From positions 1-35,290 of the forward strand of contig JAITXH010000114.1 in the NCBI GenBank assembly GCA_031284845.1: DNA of 35,290 nucleotides, written 5' to 3'. Shown piece after piece: positions 18,721-27,002 of the stretch. Below the pieces are notes generated by a model. That model saw only the letters and a list, made by a program, of their open reading frames with translations. It ran no database searches and had not been told where the DNA came from. This stretch comes from Puniceicoccales bacterium (GTDB taxonomy: Bacteria > Verrucomicrobiota > Verrucomicrobiia > Opitutales > UBA953). Position 1 is the stretch's first letter, and each line of letters opens with the position of its first letter. The position numbers and the translations under genes are program-made.

Positions 18721-19833
18721 ATGGCATACACAGAAAACCCGGCCACCGCGCCCGCTGGCAACGAAGCGGAATTCACTGCACAGACCGGCAACACCGGATC
18801 CGGTGTCGAAAAAACAGACGCTCCCGCGTCCGAATCGCCCTCCGGCCCGGCGAGTTCCGTGCGAGTCTCCGAATCCGCACTCGAAGCCACCCACGCCGAC
18901 CTACCCCCGCTCAGTAATATCCCCGGCACCACGACAGTTGCCGATAATTCCTGCGCACTGGGTAACCCAAACGAAAACCGCCCCGCAGCACGTCGAGGAC
19001 TTGGCCGCTCAAGCGGTTCCGGTTCCGACGGAAGCGTCGGCAAACCAAACATCGGTGTCATCGAAGACCCCGCAGCCATCAGCGAATCCCTCTCCGGGCA
19101 ATTCGCCAATGGCTATAACAACAATAACAACAGCAGCCACTCCGCCCGTCCGCGCCGCGAACGCCGCGATACCCCGGCCCCCGAAAGCAACTCCGCCCCT
19201 GAAGCCGCCGAGAAATCCGGCCCCGACGAATTCGTCCCGCCGGTCTCCCAGCGCATCTATAAGGCAGAGATGGACCCGGACCGCGAACGGCAAGTGCGCG
19301 AAGACAAACGCCGTGACCGTGGTGACCGTAGTGACCGTGGAGACCGTGGAGACCGAAATGATCGCGGTGACCGTGGTGACCGGGATAATCGCAGAGAGCG
19401 CCGCGAATTCTTTGGTGAACGCCCCGAAGACAGAGCTGGCGAATGGACACCCGGCGACAGGCACTCTGAACCGCCGACTCCGGCTGGTGGCGGACGGCAC
19501 AAACTCATCATTGAGCCGGCCAAAATCCCGGATGAACCCGTAAAAGAAAGCATCCTGACCCGGATAAAGCGCTTTTTCGCCAACCTCTTCAGTGGCAAAG
19601 ACGATTCCTCGTTGCCGCCAGTCGAAGAGAAACGACGCTCGCACGACGACAAGTTCCGCGGAGGACGCGGCGGCTATCGGCGCGGAGGGCGCGGACGCGG
19701 CCAAGGCGGCGGCGAATTTCGCTCAGGTGGCAACTACAAATCGGGCGGCAATTCACAAAGCTTCAACCGTGACGGGCACCACCGCCCGCATTCCCGTGGC
19801 GGCAATCGCCACCACGAACACCACGAAGATTAG
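18721..19833 (+). CDS. Low-complexity, intrinsically disordered protein with (G/S/N)DR repeats and a C-terminal RGG/His-rich tail (hypothetical)
   Basis: 370-aa ORF with an ATG start. C-rich third codon positions match neighbouring genes. No TM helix or signal peptide is visible. It contains RDRGDRSDRGDRGDRNDRGDRGDRDNR, RGGRGGYRRGGRGRGQGGGEFRSGG and HHRPHSRGGNRHHEHHED. Confidence 0.65.
   Translation: MAYTENPATAPAGNEAEFTAQTGNTGSGVEKTDAPASESPSGPASSVRVSESALEATHADLPPLSNIPGTTTVADNSCALGNPNENRPAARRGLGRSSGSGSDGSVGKPNIGVIEDPAAISESLSGQFANGYNNNNNSSHSARPRRERRDTPAPESNSAPEAAEKSGPDEFVPPVSQRIYKAEMDPDRERQVREDKRRDRGDRSDRGDRGDRNDRGDRGDRDNRRERREFFGERPEDRAGEWTPGDRHSEPPTPAGGGRHKLIIEPAKIPDEPVKESILTRIKRFFANLFSGKDDSSLPPVEEKRRSHDDKFRGGRGGYRRGGRGRGQGGGEFRSGGNYKSGGNSQSFNRDGHHRPHSRGGNRHHEHHED
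19312..19392 (+). repeat. Imperfect 9-bp tandem repeat (9 units, GGTGACCGT-like) encoding (G/S/N)-D-R triplets
   Basis: Read directly: cgtgaccgt ggtgaccgt agtgaccgt ggagaccgt ggagaccga aatgatcgc ggtgaccgt ggtgaccgg gataatcgc. The repeat is in frame with the 18721 CDS. Confidence 0.85.
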
Positions 19834-19868
19834 TCGCACGGAATATACGGGTTAAACCCGCAGCACCG

Positions 19869-20768
19869 ATGAAGTTCCTCCTTGTTGACGGCTTCAACCT
19901 CGCATTCAGGGCATTTCATGGCATGCCAGCATTGACACGCGCCGATGGGTTTCCCGTCGGCGCGATCTTTGGTTGGGTGCACATCCTGTGGAAATTGCAA
20001 GAACAGGAGGCACCAGACCGGGTCGCCGTGTTTTTCGACAAAGAAGGCTCGCAACGCCATCTCGCTTTACACGCAGACTACAAAGCCAACCGTGCAGAGA
20101 CTCCGGAAGCGCTCGCCGCGCAGATCCCGGAATTGAAAACCATCACTGCGCATCTCGGCTTCCGCGTCATAGAGCAAGGCGGAATCGAAGCCGACGACCT
20201 CATCGCCTCGGCGGCAAAAGCGCTCGCGCAAGCCAGTCACGATGTGCGTATCGCCAGCGCCGACAAAGACTTCGCCCAGTGCGTGAACGAACGCATCCAC
20301 CTGCTCGCGCCACCTCCGCCCAGCCAACGCAAAGCCGGCTGGATACGGCTGGATGCGTCCGGTGTCCGGGGCAAGTTCAGTGTGCCGCCGGAACAGATAG
20401 TGGACTATCTCTCCCTCATCGGCGACACGGTGGACAACATCCCCGGTCTGCCCGGTGTAGGCCCGAAAACGGCAGTCACCTGGCTCGAAGCCCATGGCAA
20501 CATCGAAGGCATACTTTCTGCGCGGGAAACGCTCCTGCCGGAACGCCTCCGGGACATATTGCGCGAATCGGAAGACCGTTTGCGTTTGAATCGCCAACTT
20601 ATCGCCTTCCGCACGGATTTCCCCGGAGACTGGGAAACGCCCGGACAGGCAGACACCAGTGCGGCAAGAGCCTTTTTTGAGCGCATGCAAATGCACTCAG
20701 CCCTAAAGGAACTCGACCGCCGCGCCGCCAAGTCCTCGTCAATACCAGCCCAACTGGAATTGTTTTAA
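19869..20768 (+). CDS. Stand-alone 5'-3' exonuclease / flap endonuclease (PolA N-terminal-domain family)
   Basis: 299 aa. The N-terminus MKFLLVDGFNLAFRAFHGMP, the acidic clusters (EADD, SADKDFAQ) and the H3TH motif (IGDTVDNIPGLPGVGPKTA) are characteristic. Confidence 0.9.
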   Translation: MKFLLVDGFNLAFRAFHGMPALTRADGFPVGAIFGWVHILWKLQEQEAPDRVAVFFDKEGSQRHLALHADYKANRAETPEALAAQIPELKTITAHLGFRVIEQGGIEADDLIASAAKALAQASHDVRIASADKDFAQCVNERIHLLAPPPPSQRKAGWIRLDASGVRGKFSVPPEQIVDYLSLIGDTVDNIPGLPGVGPKTAVTWLEAHGNIEGILSARETLLPERLRDILRESEDRLRLNRQLIAFRTDFPGDWETPGQADTSAARAFFERMQMHSALKELDRRAAKSSSIPAQLELF

Positions 20769-20833
20769 CCCACCTGATTCATGAGAAACGCAGTTCATAC
20801 GTCAGGGCCTGTCCCGCGATTTGCCACATTCTC

Positions 20834-20854
20834 ATTAACAATTAACCATTAACC
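20834..20854. repeat. Three tandem heptads ATTAACA-ATTAACC-ATTAACC upstream of the efflux operon
   Basis: Read directly in the AT-rich exo/tolC-like intergenic region. It is a possible regulator-binding site, but there is no functional evidence. Confidence 0.3.
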
Positions 20855-20920
20855 TGATATTCTCATCCATTGACTATTTTGCTTGCCAACAAGAAGTCCG
20901 GCATTGTCCTTTCGCCCCCC

Positions 20921-22534
20921 ATGTCGTCAACCCGAATACTTCATCCAAAACAAGAAAAAATTGTCCAGAATTTTGAGCCACATGCCACCTGCAATCCTCC
21001 TCCCCCGATACCCGTGAAACAAAAATCGCCGGTTCGCATCGCCTATGCCTTGATCGCACTCCTGCCGTTAACAGGCTGCGTATTCGCCGCCGACTACGCC
21101 GACCCACCCACTGTCGCGCCCGCCGCCCAATCATGGGAAGGCCCCCTGCCGGAAAGGCCCCAGCCAAGCCAGAACAGCGGCACCGAGCCGACGTGGAGTC
21201 AAAAACAAACCGCCACCGTCTCATTGCCTTGGGTCGCACCCCAAAAGCCCTCTCTCTTCAGCATAGCCGCCAACGGTGACCCCGTGCTGGAAAAGCTCTA
21301 CCGCCATGCCGCCTTCAACAGTCCGCGCATGATTGAGCAAGAGCACTATATTGTCAAAAGCGACGCCTTTCGCTTCCGCGGCTGGCGCCAGCACATGCCC
21401 TTTATCAACGCAGGTTATCAAGCCGGCTATTTCAAATTGACCGACCGCGAGTTCAAAGAAATAGACGCCAACATGAACCTGACCTACTACCTCAGTTTTC
21501 GCTATCCGATATTTGCCTGGGGCGCCATTAGGGCCGAAAAAGAAGCCGCCCTCCTCCGTGAGAAACTGGCACAGGGCAACGCCGTCATCGAATGGCGCAG
21601 GCTCGTCAACACCATCCGTAGCCTCTATTTCGACGCCGTCTCCCTGAAAAGCAACATCGCCCTCCAGGAAGAACAACTGAAACTGGAGATGCGCCGTCAA
21701 AACCGTTCTGACGCCCAGCTCGACATCGGGCGCATCGCGGAAGCCGAAAGGCTCGGACAACAAGTCGCCATCAAACAAAAAAGTTTTGATCTCAACGCCC
21801 TGAAAAGCCGCCTCGCTACCACCGTCGCGACGATCCGCACCACCTCCGGATTTGAAACCCTCGCCTTGTCCGACATTCCAGACACCCTCTCCTTCCCCGC
21901 CGTGGACAGCGAACAACTCGCCCGCCAGCTCGACGCCTTTCACCTGCTCGATAACGGCGAAACCGAAGATGCCCGTCAGGCCCGTCTCCACAAATCCATT
22001 CTCGATGAAGAAATCACCCAAGTTGAGGCACGCGCGTTGCCCAATGTCAATCTGGGTGCCTCCATCTCCCAAAACCCCTACCAGCTCAACGAGCGCTTTG
22101 AGATGCGCACCACCATTTTCTTCGGCATCAACGGCACATGGAATATCTTTGACCGCGATATCACCAATACCACCGTCCGCAGCCTGAAAACCGAACAACG
22201 CGTCGTCGAAGCGCGGCTGCGCGCAGGCAAAGTCAACCGCCTCGACGAGTTGAAAGCCCAACTCATGCAGATCCGCACCACTCAGGAAATACTCGCCCTC
22301 CGGCAGGAATACCTGAAAGCCGCCGAAAAGCGTCTCGAAGGCATTGAAGCCGCACTCAGCCTCGGGCAAAGCGACCAACTGGCTAGGGAAGATGCCGAGA
22401 TGCAAGTATTCGTCATCCGCCAGCAGATTTTCAACGACCAGCTCGCCATCCACCGCACTTGCCTCCAATTCCTGTCCAGCATCGAACAAGACCCAGCCGT
22501 CACATTTTACACCGTGCCATCCAATGAAAATTAA
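20921..22534 (+). CDS. TolC-family outer-membrane efflux protein (lipoprotein)
   Basis: It has a two-repeat coiled-coil/beta architecture and a lipobox LLPLTGC. The first ATG is at 20921. The in-frame GTG at 21014 would give a textbook lipoprotein signal MKQKSPVRIAYALIALLPLTGC and may be the true start. The tracked ORF begins at TTG 20870. Confidence 0.8.
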   Translation: MSSTRILHPKQEKIVQNFEPHATCNPPPPIPVKQKSPVRIAYALIALLPLTGCVFAADYADPPTVAPAAQSWEGPLPERPQPSQNSGTEPTWSQKQTATVSLPWVAPQKPSLFSIAANGDPVLEKLYRHAAFNSPRMIEQEHYIVKSDAFRFRGWRQHMPFINAGYQAGYFKLTDREFKEIDANMNLTYYLSFRYPIFAWGAIRAEKEAALLREKLAQGNAVIEWRRLVNTIRSLYFDAVSLKSNIALQEEQLKLEMRRQNRSDAQLDIGRIAEAERLGQQVAIKQKSFDLNALKSRLATTVATIRTTSGFETLALSDIPDTLSFPAVDSEQLARQLDAFHLLDNGETEDARQARLHKSILDEEITQVEARALPNVNLGASISQNPYQLNERFEMRTTIFFGINGTWNIFDRDITNTTVRSLKTEQRVVEARLRAGKVNRLDELKAQLMQIRTTQEILALRQEYLKAAEKRLEGIEAALSLGQSDQLAREDAEMQVFVIRQQIFNDQLAIHRTCLQFLSSIEQDPAVTFYTVPSNEN

Positions 22535-23660
22535 AGCCGTCATCCAGATACTCGTTGTCCTCGGCATCATCGTCGGCGCTTACTTCGGCGTTCGCGAACT
22601 TGCCATCCCGGAGGTCGTCGTCAAACCCGTCTCCCGCGGCAACGCCACTCTCTCCGCCACGGGCAACGTCACCGTCTTGCCCAGTGCCGAGGCCCTCATC
22701 ACCGCCCCCGAAAAAGGCATTCTGCTCGATTTCGGCCCGCGGGATGACCGGAGCTACCAGGAAGGCGACCCCGTCAAAAGAGGCGACCTCATCGCCCGGC
22801 TCGATTCCGGCAATCTCCCCTTCTTCCTCCAGCAAGCCCAGAGCGACCTCGACCGCGTGAAAGAAAAACGCAAACTCGGCTCCCCGCTCCAATTCCAATA
22901 CGAACAACTTAAAAAGGATCTGGATAACACCCGGCAGCTTTTTGCCAAAGGCCATGCCCGCGAAGCAGATGTGCGCGAACTCAGCACCCGCTTTGCCAGC
23001 ACCGAACTGAATATGTTGCTCGAAAAAATCAACTACGACTTCGACGAACAGCGCATCAGCATTTTGATTGACCAATACAAAGACCAGTTGGACCGCTTTG
23101 CAATGCGCGCGCCCTTCGACGGCATCATCATGGCACCCGCCTACGTCAAAGGCGACCTCGTGTTTGCCGGCAACAGAATCGCCAAAGTTACCAGCACCGC
23201 AAAGCTCATCAAAGTTGAAATCAATCAAGACGACCTCTCCGCCGTGCGCCAAAGCAAGCGTGTCCTCGTCAACTTCTTCTCCTTCCCCGGGCAAGACTAC
23301 GAAGGCTCCGTGGACGTGCTAGTCCAAGTCGGCAACAGCTCCAATCAACGCTTCACCGCATTCCTGAAGATGAAAACGCTGCCCGAAAAACTCCTCAGCG
23401 GGCAAACCGGAGAAGCCACCTTCGTCGCCGATGAGCACCACGACACTCTCCTCGTCCCCAGTTCCGCCATCATGGGCAACAGCGTCTTTGTCGTAAAAAA
23501 CGGAGTCACCGAAAAACGAAAAATCAAGGCCGGCTTCTCCTCCGTCACCACCGTCGAAGTGCTCGACGGCCTCAGCGAAGGCGAGCTTGTCGTCACCAAA
23601 GATGCCGACACGCAACACAACGGCGCACGCGTCAAAATCAAGGGAGAGACACACCGGTAA
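22524..23660 (+). CDS. HlyD/MacA-family periplasmic adaptor subunit
   Basis: It starts MKIKAVIQILVVLGIIVGAYFG (a TM anchor). Lipoyl/barrel-sandwich and coiled-coil segments follow. The gene overlaps the TolC-like stop by 11 nt. Confidence 0.85.
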   Translation: MKIKAVIQILVVLGIIVGAYFGVRELAIPEVVVKPVSRGNATLSATGNVTVLPSAEALITAPEKGILLDFGPRDDRSYQEGDPVKRGDLIARLDSGNLPFFLQQAQSDLDRVKEKRKLGSPLQFQYEQLKKDLDNTRQLFAKGHAREADVRELSTRFASTELNMLLEKINYDFDEQRISILIDQYKDQLDRFAMRAPFDGIIMAPAYVKGDLVFAGNRIAKVTSTAKLIKVEINQDDLSAVRQSKRVLVNFFSFPGQDYEGSVDVLVQVGNSSNQRFTAFLKMKTLPEKLLSGQTGEATFVADEHHDTLLVPSSAIMGNSVFVVKNGVTEKRKIKAGFSSVTTVEVLDGLSEGELVVTKDADTQHNGARVKIKGETHR

Positions 23661-23711
23661 CGCCACGGCAGACAACCGCTCCACGCGCTTGCCACCGTTC
23701 ACCTGAATCCG

Positions 23712-24962
23712 ATGAGCACCAATCTTAAAATCGCGCTGCGTTTCCTATTCTTCAAAAAACGCGCAATGTTGATGACGCTCAGCGGCATTATCTTCGGCGT
23801 CGCCTTCTTCATCCTCACGCAAGCGCAGACCAGTGGCTTCGAGCAGTTCTTCATCCGCACCATCCTCGGCACCGATGGTGCCCTGCGCGTCACCGACCGC
23901 ATTCAGGAGACCTACGCCTCGCGAAAAATCGCTGCCGAGAGCAATAATCCCGATGATTCCCTCCTCATTGAGACCCAGCGCAAATTCATCGAAGGTATAG
24001 ACTACCCAAACCGGCTGAACGCCATTCTCCGTGCCATGCCAGAAGTCTCCGGGACAGCGGAAGTCGTGCGCGGACAAGCAAAAATAGACAGTAACACCCG
24101 CAGCTACGACGCCAACGCTTTCGGCATCAACCTTAAGGAATTCCGCGCCGTCTCTTCACTCGAAAACCAGGTCGTATCAGGCGACCTCTCCGAGTTTGAA
24201 AAACGCCCCCAAGGTGCCCTCGTCGGTGCCGGCCTCGCCCAGCGCGTCAACGTGCGCCCCGGCGATGAATTCACACTCACCGTCGGCAATACCTCCCAGC
24301 GATTCAGCGTATCGGGAATCTTCGAGACAGGCGTCGGCGACATAGATAAAGTGCGCGTCATCATCCATCGCAATGCAGCCCGCTCCCTGCTCGGACGCCC
24401 CTTCGGTGCCACCTACCTCCAAGTCTCCCTTGAAGACCCCGACCGCGCCCCCGCCATCGCCTATCGTCTGGAGCCGCTGCTCCAGCACAGCATCGCTCCC
24501 TGGCAGCGCAGAGAAAAAGTCTGGCTCGACGTTTTCCGCGCCCTGCGCTTCTCCTCCGCCATCACCGTCTCCACCATCATCCTCGTCAGCGCACTGGGCA
24601 TGTTCAATACCCTCGCCATGCTCGTCATCGAGAAGACCCGTGAAATCGCCATCCTGCGCTCCTTCGGATTTTCCAAAAGCGACGTTACCCGCATCTTTTT
24701 ATGGTTGGGTTGGGTCGTCATCATCGCCGGCTCCACACTCGGGTGTGCCGTCGGTGCCCTACTCACTTGGGCCGCAGGCAATATTCCCCTGCGCATCCGG
24801 GGCATATTTTCCACCGATCACTTCGTCGTAAGCTGGAATATCAACCACTACCTCGCCGCCGTGGTGACCGCTGTCATCGTCGTATCCATCGCCAGCTATT
24901 TCCCCGCACGCCGCGCCGCACGCATCGAGCCGGGCGATATCATCCGTGGCGCATCCTCGTAG
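23712..24962 (+). CDS. ABC transporter permease, FtsX/MacB/LolCE family
   Basis: 416 aa. The architecture is TM1, a large periplasmic domain, then three C-terminal TM helices. The C-terminus PARRAARIEPGDIIRG is typical of FtsX-like permeases. Confidence 0.88.
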   Translation: MSTNLKIALRFLFFKKRAMLMTLSGIIFGVAFFILTQAQTSGFEQFFIRTILGTDGALRVTDRIQETYASRKIAAESNNPDDSLLIETQRKFIEGIDYPNRLNAILRAMPEVSGTAEVVRGQAKIDSNTRSYDANAFGINLKEFRAVSSLENQVVSGDLSEFEKRPQGALVGAGLAQRVNVRPGDEFTLTVGNTSQRFSVSGIFETGVGDIDKVRVIIHRNAARSLLGRPFGATYLQVSLEDPDRAPAIAYRLEPLLQHSIAPWQRREKVWLDVFRALRFSSAITVSTIILVSALGMFNTLAMLVIEKTREIAILRSFGFSKSDVTRIFLWLGWVVIIAGSTLGCAVGALLTWAAGNIPLRIRGIFSTDHFVVSWNINHYLAAVVTAVIVVSIASYFPARRAARIEPGDIIRGASS

Positions 24963-24964
24963 CC

Positions 24965-25678
24965 ATGAGCACCACTCCCAACACTCCGCCAGTCCACACC
25001 GACAGCATCCTCGCCTGCCGCCACCTCGTGCGCTACCTCGGCAAAGATGAGAACCGGACCCACGTCCTCAGAAGTGTGGACTTCGACGCCTACTCCGGCC
25101 AGACGCATGCCATAGTCGGCCCTTCCGGCTGCGGCAAAAGCTCTCTCCTCTACTTGCTCGGCCTCCTCGACCGCCCCGACGGAGGCGAAGTATTCATCCG
25201 CGGTACCCCCATGGCGCACATCAGCGATAATGCCCGCACGGCGGCGCGCAATGCCCACCTCGGGTTTGTTTTCCAATTCCACTTTCTCCTGCCCGAATTC
25301 ACCGCTTCCGAAAACGTCATGATGCCCATGCGCAAGCACGGCAAGCTCAGCGAATCCGCCATGCGTGCCCGCGCCGATGAATTGTTAGACGCCGTAGGCC
25401 TGGGCGACAAAGTCCGCCGCCTGGCCACCCATCTCTCCGGTGGCGAGCAACAGCGCGTCGCCATCGCACGCGCTCTTGCCAACGAGCCGCCCGTGCTTCT
25501 TGCCGACGAGCCTACGGGCAACCTCGACGCCCGCAATTCCAGCATAGCTTTTGATTTGCTCGCCCGGCTCTCCCACGAGCGCAACATCGCCGTCGTGATG
25601 GTCACGCACAACCCGGAGCTTGCCAAACGTTGTGACCGTGTCCTGCGCATGTTAGACGGCGTATTTTTAGATAAATAA
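24965..25678 (+). CDS. ABC transporter ATP-binding protein (MacB/LolD type)
   Basis: It has Walker A (GPSGCGKSS), the signature LSGGEQQRVAIARAL and Walker B (LLADEPTGNLD). The ATG at 24965 lies 2 nt after the permease stop. Confidence 0.92.
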   Translation: MSTTPNTPPVHTDSILACRHLVRYLGKDENRTHVLRSVDFDAYSGQTHAIVGPSGCGKSSLLYLLGLLDRPDGGEVFIRGTPMAHISDNARTAARNAHLGFVFQFHFLLPEFTASENVMMPMRKHGKLSESAMRARADELLDAVGLGDKVRRLATHLSGGEQQRVAIARALANEPPVLLADEPTGNLDARNSSIAFDLLARLSHERNIAVVMVTHNPELAKRCDRVLRMLDGVFLDK

Positions 25679-25706
25679 GGGTAGCAGTTACAATCTTAGT
25701 GAAAGG

Positions 25707-26048
25707 TTGGCTTTTCTGTGGTGCCGACGGCTTCGACGGTCTGGGCCGGGACAACATACGTGGATGACTTAGTAAAACGCTGGCTTTTCCGTGGTGCCAA
25801 CGGCACCAGACTCCTTAGCCCAGGGCAACGCCCTGGGTATTAGTAAGAAACACACCGCCGCCCTGAAAGGGCGGGACACGGGCGGCATATTGCGTCCGAC
25901 TGCACTGGATATTTTTGGACAATTGCTATTGGCGAACATCCTTTTGTATCGCCCCTTCAGGGCGAGATTTCTCATTGCATTGTTACCCAGGGCGTTGCCC
26001 TGGGCTAAGGAGTCCGGTGCCGTTGGCACCGCAGAAACACCAAGGGGT
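25707..26048. repeat. Inverted pair (plus a partial third copy) of a ~100-nt triple-hairpin repeat
   Basis: Core 25793-25839 (GGTGCCAACGGCACCAGACTCCTTAGCCCAGGGCAACGCCCTGGGTA) matches the reverse complement of 25984-26030 at 46/47 positions. The hairpins are GGTGCC-AAC-GGCACC, CCCAGGGC-AA-GCCCTGGG and CCGCCC-TGAAA-GGGCGG; the third is TCGCCC-TGAAG-GGGCGA in the inverted copy. A partial direct copy lies at 25707-25750. Confidence 0.75.
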
Positions 26049-26237
26049 TCCAAAGGATTGTAAACAGGTCCTTGATGAAAGATTATCGGGTTCCCCGGCG
26101 CACGCCTATCAGGACTCGTCTGGATTCCGCCCGTGAGCAACGTATTGGGCAGAAATTTACATTTTTTAATTTTTCCACCTCCTCCTGTTTCAAAATTTTC
26201 TTTGCAAAAAAACGCCATCCTGTTTCACAGAGCCCCC

Positions 26238-26930
26238 ATGCGTATTCCCACTCTTCTCCTCGCACTACCGCTGTTTCTGGCGTTCTCCAACGTCGGGATC
26301 CTCGCACAAGACGGCAAGACCGTCGAGTTGGCGGCACCGCAAAAAACAGGCGGCAAACCACTTCTGGATACCCTCGCCGCCCGTGCCACATCGCGGGCAT
26401 TCGACGCCAAGGCCCCCGGCCTCACCGCCCGGCAAATATCCGACTTACTCTGGGCGACCTTCGGCACCAACCGCCCCGACGGGCGCCGCACCGCGCCCTC
26501 CGCCATGAACCGTCAGGATCTCACCCTGTATGTCTTGCTTGAAACAGGCACATTCATTTACGACGCCGGGAAGCACCAGTTGCTACCCGTCCTCAAAAAC
26601 GGGAAACCCGTGGGCGATATCCGGGTGCTCGGCGGCAATCAGGATTTTGTAAAAAAAGCGCCCCTCACCTTGGTGTATGTCTCCGATTTTACCAAACTCG
26701 GACAAGAGGGCAAAAGCCCTGAATCCAACGCCGCAGCGCGTGAAATGGCAGGTGTTGCCGCCGGAGCCGCGTCCCAAAACGCATCCTTGTATTGCGCCTC
26801 GGAAGACCTGCTCACCGGCGTGCGCATGTCCATCCCCAAAGCAAAGCTCGCCGCCGCCCTCGACCTGCGCGCAGACCAGTGGATAGTGCTGGCACAATCC
26901 GTAGGCCGCAAAGCAGAGGAAAAGAAATAA
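26238..26930 (+). CDS. Nitroreductase-fold protein with N-terminal Sec-type signal peptide
   Basis: It starts MRIPTLLLALPLFLAFSNVGILAQ (ATG 26238). Nitroreductase-family motifs are present (RATSRAF..., ISDLLWA, RTAPSAMNRQ). Fold family only; the substrate is unknown. Confidence 0.8.
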   Translation: MRIPTLLLALPLFLAFSNVGILAQDGKTVELAAPQKTGGKPLLDTLAARATSRAFDAKAPGLTARQISDLLWATFGTNRPDGRRTAPSAMNRQDLTLYVLLETGTFIYDAGKHQLLPVLKNGKPVGDIRVLGGNQDFVKKAPLTLVYVSDFTKLGQEGKSPESNAAAREMAGVAAGAASQNASLYCASEDLLTGVRMSIPKAKLAAALDLRADQWIVLAQSVGRKAEEKK

Positions 26931-27002
26931 TCCCTAAAAAGGCCGTTGGAAGAGGCGGTTTTTGTTTGCCCCGCGCCAACGGCAAACAGCCCTCAAACCG
27001 TC

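Noticed and set aside
20833-20842. A third CATTAACAAT half-site, identical to the bioB operator half, upstream of the efflux operon.
   Set aside because: There is no partner half-site at the 14-nt spacing on either side. It is better explained as part of the ATTAAC heptad array.
25769-26218. A 149-aa ORF (minus strand) and a 90-aa ORF (plus strand) spanning the 25.7-26.05 kb region.
   Set aside because: They are read through the inverted triple-hairpin repeats, with the same peptide (PRALPWAKESGAVGT) encoded on both strands by the two repeat copies. They are artefacts of the repeat, not genes.
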